NCBI GenBank assembly: GCA_964016885.1
Contig: OZ024743.1
Coordinates: 332,630,001-332,694,000, forward strand
DNA from: Eledone cirrhosa
Lineage: Eukaryota
Direction of reading: 5' to 3'
Length of the DNA stretch: 64,000 nucleotides
The notes beneath the pieces are model-generated. The model was not told where the DNA came from, made no database searches, and saw only the letters and a program-made list of their open reading frames with translations. A program made the translations under genes and the position numbers. This document shows, piece by piece, positions 12,641 to 23,128 of this stretch (positions are counted from its first letter, which is position 1; each line of letters starts with the position of its first letter).

Positions 12641-13858
12641 TTATACATATATATAAATAATTTAGATTTGTACATAGACGTACACACATATATATGTAAA
12701 CAAGAAGTGTAAGTCAACAGGTTCAAACTTTGTTTATTGTTATATATATTTTGGTGATAACCATTATACAACAGCTATGACCTCATTAGACAGCAAGAAT
12801 TTGAACAGAAAAACATAAAGATGGAGTAAAACTTACTTCTGTTATCTTGATTCTTTAATATGCTCTGTGCTGAATTTTGGTGTTGCTTTCTCAAGGCACC
12901 AGTTGCATATAATTTAGAATGAACGAATTCACAACATCAGTAGAATTAACCCCTTTCATATGGGTCAGATTTATCTTCACCATTCCAACAACAAGTCTAT
13001 TAAATGTCTTAGTGGTGCCATTGTCATGGAATCAGGTCAATCAGTTGGGGTTGTTTTTAGCAGTCAACAATAATAACTGAAGATACCCTTATCTATGTAG
13101 GCGAGTTTGTTGACCTCTGTGACCTGGTAGTTGTAGTAGTAATAGTAGTGTTAATATAATACTACTACTGCTAATAAAAGAATGTGTTAAGCTTATAGGG
13201 TATTGGAATGTTAGTAAAATATAGACTGGAGTAAACGGACCCACCTACACACTTTGTGGAGTGGTCTACCCTGCCTACTGAAGTGTCGTTGATTGACCAT
13301 CACATACTCAAATTAATTATTATTATATATTTCGTTTCAGAATTTGTTTAGCAAGATTCTTTATCTGAAAACGTGTGTTGAAACCGATATTGTTATGCTT
13401 TGGGAGGGTCATGTTGCCAATAAGAAACACACGCACCAGTTGCTTTCACTCCAATTTATTATAAATTAAATTATAAATTTAAAAATTTATAAATTTCCGG
13501 TTGGTTGGTTGGTTCCACAACCGGACAGTTGTTCATATATTCATATATTGTCAAAGTTCTTTCGTCACACATTCTGTGACCCCTTATGGAGAAAATCATT
13601 TTCTCCACAGCAAGATCCACGTCAATAGATGGGTGTGGTGACACTACATCCATACTGCCTGTTGTGCAGTCTGTTGGGTCCCTAGATCGGTTATTTTCGC
13701 TGATTCTGCTGAGGTGGTCCTCCGTGCTGTCACATATGTCCGGGGACATTTCGGTGATGGGGCGTGCGATCAGGGAGAGGAAATAAACAACACACACAAA
13801 AACAAGATGGCGTAGGACAGAACAAAGGAGAGGTGCAAAACAAAGAAAAGAATCGCCA

Positions 13859-13901
13859 GTCACTGAAGAGTTCACAGAGTGTGTGACGAAAGAACTTTGA
13901 C
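13859..13901 (+). ncRNA. Minimal type I hammerhead ribozyme motif
   Basis: GTCA-CTGAAGA-G(T)TCACA gagtg TGTGAC-GAAA-GAAC-TT-TGAC: stem I GTCA/TGAC, 6-bp stem II, minimal stem III, CUU site. Confidence 0.65.
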
Positions 13902-14140
13902 AATATATGAACAACCATGTTGCCAATAAGAAACACACGCACCACATGACTTGGCAAGCTATTTAGAACACTGGTTTAACCGCTTTACTTCCCTCCGAAG
14001 AAGAGATATTATCTCGATAATTAAGGACATTTAAATAAATCTAAGGTAAAAGACTAATTGTCAACAATATCTTTTGCATTTGCATTCTTTATTCTATGTC
14101 CATACCTGCATTGTTTTGGCTTTATTATACATATACAAAC

Positions 14141-14202
<62 letters not shown>

Positions 14203-14205
<3 letters not shown>

Positions 14206-14729
14206 AACGAGTAGGACCCCGATGGCTGAGCTCAAGCCGTTTCGACGGCTAATTCTGGACTAAATGAAAATTTGTATTCTGGTATATGAATAGCCGAGCT
14301 TCTCAGGGAATAATTCCATATATGGTAAAAGTGATTGTCACAAGGATTGGTCAAAAGTCTGTTGTTGAGACACATAATTCTATCATGGCAATTTGTGGAA
14401 GGAAGGGGTAGCTGAACCTGCCAGTAGAAGAAAGAGGGAGAGGGGGTGGAGGAAACTCAGTCGTGCGTTGATAGTGCCAATTACAGCAGGGCAGGAGGTC
14501 AAGGAAGTATACTAGGGAGAGGGAGGGGGAGGAAGTCGAAACAAAAAGTAAAACAATATGGGGTAAAAATATAGAAGAATACCGAGAATGTTAAAAAAAA
14601 CAATTAAATATTAAAATAAAACAATTACTGGTTACTATTCCCCAACGACAGCCATCAAGTCTCTCACTGGTACTGCTAGACTCTATAATCTAGCAGTACC
14701 AGTGAGAGACTTGACCTCCTGCTGTAGTT

Positions 14730-14732
<3 letters not shown>
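14203..14732 (-). mobile_element. TA-flanked non-coding element with hammerhead half and 26-bp hairpin
   Basis: The left end is homologous to 15211-15272. Minus strand reads GAAACGGCTtgagctcAGCCATC-ggggtcc. Perfect inverted repeat at 14655-14680 and 14689-14714. Confidence 0.5.
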
Positions 14733-14773
<41 letters not shown>

Positions 14774-14981
14774 ATATATATAAATATAAATTATAAATAT
14801 ATATAAATATAAATTATAAATATATATAAATATATATTATTCCTGCTCTGTAAAACACCTGATGTTATTACATTGAGCTATTTCTCTTACTGGTAATAAG
14901 GTAGTAATAAATTACTGACCTTTCCTGTTTATAGTTGTTTATAGTATATACATAACTATAAATAGTATCATTATTATTATA

Positions 14982-15178
14982 GGGCGGTGAATTGGCAGTA
15001 TCGGTAGAGGGTCGGACGGCATGCTTTGCAGCACAGTTACGTCCCTTTACGGTCTGAGTTCAAATCCCGTCGAGGTTAACTTTGCCTTTCATCCTTACGG
15101 GGTCGATAAAATAAAGTACCAGTAATGCACTGGGATAATTACTGGCCTCGTGCTAAATGTAGAATCAATTATTATTAT
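14982..15178 (+). mobile_element. tRNA-derived SINE with Meta-like central domain
   Basis: B box gagttcaaatcc, then tttgcctttcatccttacggggtcgataaaataaagtaccag and an (ATT)n tail. Confidence 0.8.
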
Positions 15179-15208
15179 AAATATATATATAAATATATAT
15201 ATTTATAT

Positions 15209-15390
15209 ATAGGAAAAGAGTCAGGACCCCGACGGCTGAGCTCCGGCCATTTCAACAGCTAGATCCGAACTAAGCCCCCAGGGGTCCTGACTCTTTTCCT
15301 ATTATTACCCACTCTACTACCCTAAGTATTGAGTACCTCTGGTGTGTTATGGTCCACCTGGTATCTTACCACACCCTCTTTGTTATATTT
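15209..15390. mobile_element. TA-flanked fold-back element, probable Penelope-like pLTR remnant
   Basis: Inverted arms at 15209-15230 and 15281-15302. Minus strand reads GAAATGGCcggagctcaGCCGTC-ggggtcc. Confidence 0.5.
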
Positions 15391-15449
15391 TTATATATAT
15401 GTATATGTGCATGTATGTATGTATGTACAAATATATATATATATATATA

Positions 15450-18400
15450 TCATCATCATCATCATCATCATTTAACGTTCATATTCCACGCTCGCATGGG
15501 TTTGGACGGGAGTTTTCCCACTTGAGACAAGAGTGGTTGTCTTGCTCGCATAGGACTGTCTGGCGGGTTTTCTACGGCTGGATGCCCTTCCTAACACCAA
15601 CCACATTTACAGTGTGGACTGGGAGGTTTTTACCGTGTTGCCTACACGGCCACATTTACAGCGTGGACTGTGTTTTTTTTGTCATGACACCTACACGACC
15701 TCATTTGTTTCGGGCTGGATGTTGCGGTACCAACATAACTTTACATTGAAAGGGGTGGTGTGGATGGGGTGGGGGTAGTGGGACGGGGGTGTATTTTGTT
15801 AGAGGTGCCTACTGACTGTAGTAGGTTTCACTTTGCACTTAGGTAAGGCGGGTCTTCTCTATTACTGTGTAGCGCCAAAGATCTCGGTCCAGTGACATTG
15901 TCTTGGAGAGGTGTAAGTGTGTGAGGTCGGATTTTATCAAGTCGTCCCAGGTTTTTCTGGGTCTGCCTACTCCATGGCTACCGTCTATTTTTATTGCCCT
16001 GCACTTTTTTATACAGCTGTCGTCTTTCATGCGCATCACGTGACCATACCAACGTAGTCTTCTCTCGAGTAAACAACATCTGAACCCTCTTATTTCTAAT
16101 TTCTCCCTTAGTTCGTTTATGCTTTGCCGTTCACGTATATTACTATTACACATCCAGCGGAGCATGCAAGCTTCGTTCCTCTCCAGTCTGCGTATATCCT
16201 CTGCACACAATGCCCAGGTCTCACTGCCATGTAACATTGCTGTTCATATGCAGGCATCATACAGCCTGCCTTTCATTTTTAGAGAGAACCCTTTAGCGCC
16301 CAATAGTGGTATAAGCTCTCTGAACTTTTTCCATCCCGTTCTGACTCTAGCTACTGTACTTTCAGAGCACCCTCCTCCACTGCTGATTTTGTCACCCAGG
16401 TAACGGAAGCTGTCCCCTATTTCTATAGAACCATCTGTGCAATGGAATGAGTTAGTATTCTGTGGGCACTTGCTGCTACTTATTGCACCTGAGCACTGGC
16501 CACATATAAAACATATATTCTTAGTTAGCTTACCTGTGATCCCACTACATCTTTTATGTACCCATACTTTGCATTTGGGACATAAAATGGAGTTTCTACC
16601 TACTCCTTTCCTACACACTGAGCATGGCCATTTCCCAGATGGGACCGGTGCCCTATTTTCCTTCCTACAAACTAGAGCTTTAGTCTTAGACAAGTTAACT
16701 TTAAGGCCTTTTGATTCTAGGCCATGCTTCCATGTTTGGAATTTCTTCTCTAGTTCAGCCATTGATTCAGCTATGAGCGTTAGATCATCTGCGTATAGAA
16801 GTTCCCATGGGCAGCCGGTCTTGAACTCCTCTGTTATAGCCTGAAGGGCAATAATAAATAGTAGGGGGCTAAGGCCAGAGCCCTGATGAACACCAACTTT
16901 TACGCTAAACTCTTCACTATATTCGTTGTTAATTCTAACTTTGCTGACTGTTTCTTTATACATGGCTTGTATAGCTCTCACAAGCCATTCATCAACACCT
17001 AGTTTTCTAAGGGCCCACCAGATAATCGAGCGGGGTACTCTGTCAAAGGCTTTTTCCAAGTCAACAAAAGCTAAGTATAGGGGTTTACTTTTAGCTAGGT
17101 ACTTCTCCTGTAGTTGTCGTACAATGAAAAGAGCGTCTGTTGTACTTTTACCTGACACAAACCCGAACTGCATTTCGTCTAGATCAATTCGCTCTCTGAT
17201 TAGTTGCGCTATTACTTTTTCTGTGACCTTCATGACCTGGTCAATTAATTTAATGCCTCTATAGTTTCCCCTATCTAGGGCATCTCCTTTACCCTTGTAG
17301 CAGTTAATGATGATGCTGCTGCGCCAGTCCTTCAGAACGACCCCATTCTGTATGACTTGGTTTACTATCCGGGTGACCATAGTGTGTCCCGCCGTTCCAG
17401 ATGCTTTCAGCATTTCGGCAACTATTTCCGAAGGCCCAGCCGCCTTGCCCGTCTTCATGTCTTTGATCACCTTACTTATTATACTACCTTCAACTTGCAC
17501 TGCTGGTCCCTCTATTGGGTCGATGTGGGGGAGACTGTCTTTCTCACAATTATTCTCCTCATTTAGTAGCCTTTCGTAGTGACACTTCCAAACTACACAA
17601 TTATTCTCCTCATTTAGTAGCCTTTCGTAGTGACACTTCCAAGCTACCTTCTTATCAGCGTTAGTGATGGCAAGTACACCATCATCATTACGGACACACT
17701 TCTCCCTGACAATATCACTGTTTTCCTTGACAAATTGCCTAGCAATCCTGAACACCTCACATTTTGTTCCTCGCGTTGTAGAACATGCTTGAACTTTCTT
17801 TCCTCTGCTTCCCTTCTTGCGAAGTACACTTGTCTCCTAGCTTCCCTCCTTGCCACTTGATAGTCTTCTCTACTTCCCCCCATCCCACCATGCTTTCCAA
17901 GCCTGCTTTTTGGCCTTGATTGACCTCTCCACCTTACTGTTCCACCACCATGTTACTCTCCTGATGCCTATAGGCCTGCTCCAGCCACAGGTTTCATCTG
18001 TCGCCTTCAGCAGGTTAGCTTTCAGGAATTCCCACTGTTCCTCTCTATTGTACGACTCTAATTGCTCTTCCTTACTATCAAATGCATCAAGTAATATGCT
18101 TTTAAATTTATGACTGGCTGAGGGGTCCTTTAATTTCCATATTTTTCTCCTGAGGATAGTCCTCTTCTGTTGTCGAATACGTCTCGTCCTCACTATGAGG
18201 TCGCTAATTATGAGTCTATGTTGAGACGTGCATTCTTCATGGGGGAGGGATTTAGTGTTTACAACAGACACTCTGTCACGTCTCCTGGTAAGGATATAAT
18301 CTACCTGGCTTGTGTGTTCCCTCGATCTATAGGTGATCAAGTGATTGTCTCGTTTTTTTAAGTTAGTGTTACAGATAGTTAGGTTATTTGCATCACAGAA

Positions 18401-19080
18401 TTCCAGGATTCTGGAGCCTTCCTCATTTCTAGTACCAAACCCATAGCCTCCATGGATTCCGTCATAGCTATCACAATGTTGTCCAACGTGACCATTTAGG
18501 TCGCCAGCAATAATTATATAGCCACTGTCGGTTATTTGGGAGGTAGTGAGCATCAGTGTCTCATAGAAGCTGTCTTTTATAGTGCCGAGCAGTCCGGATT
18601 GGGGTGTGTACGCAGATATTACTGTCACCGTAGTTCTATTGAGGACAAGTCTTATTTTAATTATTCTGTCGTTCACTCTATTTACGTCTATTATCTTATC
18701 TGCCCACTTTTCTGCTACCATGATTCCTACTCCACCCAACCCATTGTCATTTCCCACCCAGAAAAGCTTATAGCATCGTTCTTTACCCACGATGAATCTA
18801 GCAGACCCACCCCTCCACCTGGTCTCTTGAATACAACAAACATCGACCTCCTTACGTTCAAGCATTTCTACAACCTCGTTAGAGCGACCCTTTAAGGTGC
18901 CTGCATTCATGGTACCAACTCTGAAATTTTGGATTGCGTTTGGAGGGTGGGAGCGGTGGGGCGCAGGGGGGGGGGGGGTTATGTTAACCATCCGCGGCCG
19001 AAACAAAGAGGAGGAGTCCTTGCATTCTCGTCCATGAGGTGAATTTGTCTTTATCTTTGGCATTGTCACTGAGCGTCCAG
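15450..19080 (-). mobile_element. Near full-length RTE LINE (subfamily B), disrupted
   Basis: APE domain (VGTMNAGT, CCIQET, GDLNGH, VDYIL) in 17870-19069, RT plus PHD in 16244-17755, C-terminus in 15839-16237. Frameshifts, a stop, and a ~51-bp internal duplication at 17546-17642. (CAT)n tail; (TA)n on both sides. Confidence 0.96.
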
Positions 19081-19114
19081 ATATAGATATATATATATAT
19101 ATATATATATATAC

Positions 19115-19762
19115 CGATAAATTAACGGAGGCATAGGCCCTCGCTATTCCCTGTAAATAATGTGCTAAAAGGAGAAGAAATCCTGAGCTCTTTAAAATAC
19201 AATATGTTGAAAAGGTAACACACCAGAGAGAGATATACAGTGCGCTATCAATAAAACACTATTATTTACAGGGAATAGCGAGGGCCTATGCCTCCGTCAA
19301 TTTATCGTGATATTTTGCTCCTAATAACAGTCTTTCCTATCTCTGTTTGGTTGAGCACACTTCTCTGAGTGGCTTTGGGCTGCCCTTTCTAGCAGTTCGT
19401 CCCTCAGAGGCCAGTGGTACACTGCCCTTAAACACGCTGACTTCTCTCTCCCACGTGTAGCTGGACAGTCACTTTTAAAATTCTCTTAGTGTTGTCTGAA
19501 ATGTATAGCCTTACACACGCTGATGAACCGAGGCTAACCCATTTCTTTCAACAAATTACTGGTGAAACATATCTTTGGATTAGTACGTGTGTTATATAGT
19601 TATAGAGGTATTTATTTACGCTTTAATTTATATTTTTAATTATCGTGTCTATAGTCTGCCTTTCATAGGTTGTAGATTCCATACACTGGTGGTTTTTTCC
19701 TTGTTTTATTGATAGCGCACTGTATATCTCTCTAGTGTGTTACCTTTTCAACATATTGTATA
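19115..19762 (+). mobile_element. Hammerhead-containing non-coding element with inverted junction fragment
   Basis: 19115-19161 is inverted to 19261-19307, and 19197-19257 is inverted to 19702-19762. Inserted in (TA)n. Confidence 0.75.
19513..19592 (+). ncRNA. Type I hammerhead ribozyme
   Basis: ACACACG-CTGATGA-ACCG...TGGT-GAAAC...GTA-CGTGTGT: perfect 7-bp stem I, intact core, GUA site (cleavage after 19585). Confidence 0.8.
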
Positions 19763-19828
<66 letters not shown>

Positions 19829-20000
19829 CAAATATATATATACATATATATATATCCAGGGAGTGTTTCGTGAAGTTACTGTAGGTTCACCCAGGTGAAC
19901 ACTCGATGTAGGTTCATGTCAATAACGAGGTGTAGAGCTAGACAGAGTGTAATATAATAAAAAGGACGATTTGTTAAGCCTTCATTACGTTTATTGATTG

Positions 20001-20083
20001 GTGACGCGTGTTTCGCTATTGATCAGCTCACGGTTCGATCTGTATTGATCTGGCCCGACTCTGGAATCAAATGCTCGTCGGAC
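20001..20083 (-). ncRNA. Degenerate hammerhead-like motif
   Basis: Minus strand reads gt-CCGACGA-GCatttgat...atcaataGC-GAAACACGCGTC-ac. Core U4C change and only a 2-bp stem I. Confidence 0.35.
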
Positions 20084-20286
20084 TTCTGCTGTTGTAATGA
20101 CAGAATGAACATATAAAGCATAGACATGTCTGTAACATTTCGTGTTGATATGAACCAGCACAACAACCTTATATGGTTATCTGAGTGTATTTTATCATGG
20201 CACCAGTACTTTGATAGATGTATTAAATCCTTATTTAAAGTTTGTCTTCTTTGTTTTTCACTAAACATATATATATTAAATATTTA

Positions 20287-20918
20287 AGAGGGAGCAGATG
20301 CTGTTTACTCGAGAGAAGACTACGTTGGTATGGTCATGTGATGCGCATGAAAGACGAAGTGCAGGGCGATCAAAATTGATGGAAGTTACGGAGTAGGTAG
20401 ACCCAGAAAAACCTAGGACAATATGATAAAATCCGCCCTTGCACACTTACACCTCTCTAAGACAATGTCACTGGATTGAGATCGTTTGGTGCCATGCAGT
20501 AATACAGAAGGCCTGCCTTCCCTACGTGTAAAGTTAACCTACAGTCAGTAGACCCCTCCTAACCAAATATACACCCAACCCACTATTCCTACGCTATCCT
20601 CCCACTCCCACCAACACAACCCTTTCTCTGTAAAGTTATGTTGGTACCACAACATCCAGTCCAAACTAAAGAAGCCGTATAGGTGTCACGAAAAAAAACA
20701 CACAGTCCACGCTGTAATGTAGTCGTGTAGGAAATACAGTAAAAAGGCTCCCAGCCTTCACTGTAAATGTGGTTGGTGTTAGGAAGGGCATCCAGCCATA
20801 GAAAACCTGCCAGATACAGTCATATACAAACGAGACATCGTTACCCAATAAATGTTGCCTCAAGTGGGACAATTCCCGTCTAACCCATGCTAGCATGGAA
20901 GATAGATGTAAAACGATG
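20287..20918 (+). mobile_element. 5'-truncated RTE 3' end (subfamily B)
   Basis: Encodes RCCLLERRLRWYGHVMRMKD...GRPRKT, followed by the 3'UTR. Confidence 0.9.
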
Positions 20919-20920
20919 GC

Positions 20921-21614
20921 AAGTTAATTTTTAATTTTTAAAATTTTTTTATTTTACGTCTTTCATATAATTGTTCTGCATCCCCCTGCATAGAACCACA
21001 AAGGTACTAAGACATAACATATATATTTGCTAGCATGGGTATACATCTGTATACATATGTTGGTAGATATACTAATTCTCTATATTTATCTCCAAATTAT
21101 TTGTTGAGCGAAACTTGCCAAAATTTACTGCTATGGTTCATGGTAGTAGTTAGGCTCTTGTCATAATACCACCCCACTCCTCACTGATTAACCTCAGTGT
21201 CACGTGATTGATTCTTTAGAATTTGCCACTGACCAAGTAGGCAGTGAATTTTTTCAGTGCCCTGGAATTTAGTCCCCGCTAGCTTTGTTCCATCCACTGA
21301 ATTATTATTTTTATATGGGTTCCTAATGTCCGCGCATTGCCTGGGAACTTAGCAGAGAATAGACTCCCTGATGACGTAAGGACTTCTCTATAGTTACATT
21401 ACGTAACTATATTTATTCCCTTACAGAAACTAATTAGTTGGAGTGAAAATTTTAGTAAGTAAGTTAATTTTTAATTTTTTAAATTTTCTTGTTTTACGTC
21501 TTTCATATAATTGTTCTGCATCCCCCTGCATAAAACCACAAAGGTACTAAGACATAACATATATATTTGCTAGCATGGGTATACATCTGTATACATATGT
21601 TGGTAGATATACTA

Positions 21615-21619
<5 letters not shown>
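20921..21619 (+). mobile_element. Terminally redundant hammerhead element (540-bp unit plus 159-bp repeat)
   Basis: 20921-21079 is nearly identical to 21461-21619. Internal hammerhead; ends at (TA)n. Confidence 0.8.
21363..21444 (+). ncRNA. Type I hammerhead ribozyme
   Basis: ACTCC-CTGATGA-cGTAAGG...[TATAGTTAC attac GTAACTATA]...CCTTACa-GAAA-CTAATTAG-TT-GGAGT. Palindromic stem III, GUU site (cleavage after 21439). Confidence 0.82.
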
Positions 21620-21660
<41 letters not shown>

Positions 21661-21665
<5 letters not shown>

Positions 21666-21902
21666 TCACATTGCTCCAGTTTACTCAGCTGTAGAAATGA
21701 GATGATAGGGACTGGGGTCCCTATCATTCCACTGCAAAATGGTTGTGGAGGTGCCACGGCAAAAAAAGCACCCTGCACTCACTGTAAATGAGGTTGGTGT
21801 TAGGAAGGGCATCCAGCTGTAGAAATCAAGCCAGCATCAGTTTCCGTCCCACCCTTGCAAGCAGGGAAAGAGCGGACGTAAAAATGAAATGATGATGATG
21901 AT
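21661..21902 (+). mobile_element. 5'-truncated SINE with RTE-derived tail
   Basis: Near identical to 51411-51646. Confidence 0.85.
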
Positions 21903-21906
21903 TCAG

Positions 21907-21970
<64 letters not shown>

Positions 21971-22006
21971 AATATACACGGGTGTGTATGATTGTGTATA
22001 GAAGAT

Positions 22007-22397
22007 TATATTAATAAGAGGAATTCCAACTTTGTCTGATTTACTCGTTTTATTTACAATCCTTTAAAATTTATAATGGTATTATAATGAAATAGTATGA
22101 TAGAATATTAAATGTTAAGTGTTAATTGAACAAGTACTTTCATGCTTTCGCAATCTTCAGGTTCATAATGTGTGGTGACAGTCAAGTTTGCAATTTTCAA
22201 CTGTTGAAAATTGCAAACTTGACTGTCACCACATATTATGAACCTGAAGATTGCGAAAGCATGAAAGTACTTGTTCAATTAACACTTAACATTTAATATT
22301 CTATCATACTATTTCATTATAATACCATTATAAATTTTAAAGGATTGTAAATAAAACGAGTAAATCAGACAAAGTTGGAATTCCTCTTATTAATATA
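22007..22397. repeat. Near-perfect 391-bp palindrome (195-bp arms, centre 22202)
   Basis: Arms are reverse-complementary with one visible mismatch and a 1-nt spacer (ttcaac-t-gttgaa). Confidence 0.95.
22239..22277 (+). ncRNA. Minimal type I hammerhead motif (mirror copy at 22127-22165, minus strand)
   Basis: TGAAC-CTGAAGA-tTGC gaaa GCAt-GAAA-GTAC-TT-GTTCA. Palindromic stem III (AGTACT); non-canonical U-U closing pair in stem II. Confidence 0.65.
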
Positions 22398-22402
22398 TAT
22401 AT

Positions 22403-22884
22403 CACTAGAGCTGATTCCAATTTTCCCAGCCAGCCATCCATCTAATCTACGAAGGTATTTTAGCCTACATATTGTCGTTAATATTATGATGTTCCCTGCT
22501 GTATTAGCGTTAAATTTTCCCTGCTGTATTAGCGATAAATTTTCGAGGGTTTCTCTTAGTAGCTTTTTTCATGACGTTATTATTGTTAATTTTACTGATG
22601 TAGTATTAACTTGGATATTTACCATGCGACCCTCAGTTCCTACCACTAGAGCTGATTCCAATTTTCCCAGCCAGCCATCCATCTAATCTACGAAGGTATT
22701 TTAGCCTACATATTGTCGTTAATATTATGATGTTCCCTGCTGTATTAGCGTTAAATTTTCCCTGCTGTATTAGCGATAAATTTTCGAGGGTTTCTCTTAG
22801 TAGCTTTTTTCATGACGTTATTATTGTTAATTTTACTGATGTAGTATTAACTTGGATATTTACCATGCGACCCTCAGTTCCTAC
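22403..22884 (+). repeat. 241-bp tandem duplication at the 5' end of the intact RTE
   Basis: 22403-22643 is repeated at 22644-22884. Confidence 0.92.
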
Positions 22885-23128
22885 CTCACAATTTCCCTCC
22901 CCCCCACCCCCACACACCACCATAGTCTATTCGACCAATCAAACCTAGCATGCCATTTCCACTGCTGCTGCTGCTACTACCTGCCTAACTAACTCTCTCC
23001 TCCTCTGGCGCATCCCAACACACCCTGCCATTACCCCACCACCACTATCCTTCTAGCCCTCAATTTTCCCACCGTTATGGATGGATGAGCTGGGAATACA
23101 CGAGCAACTCTGAATCAATAGATGAAAT

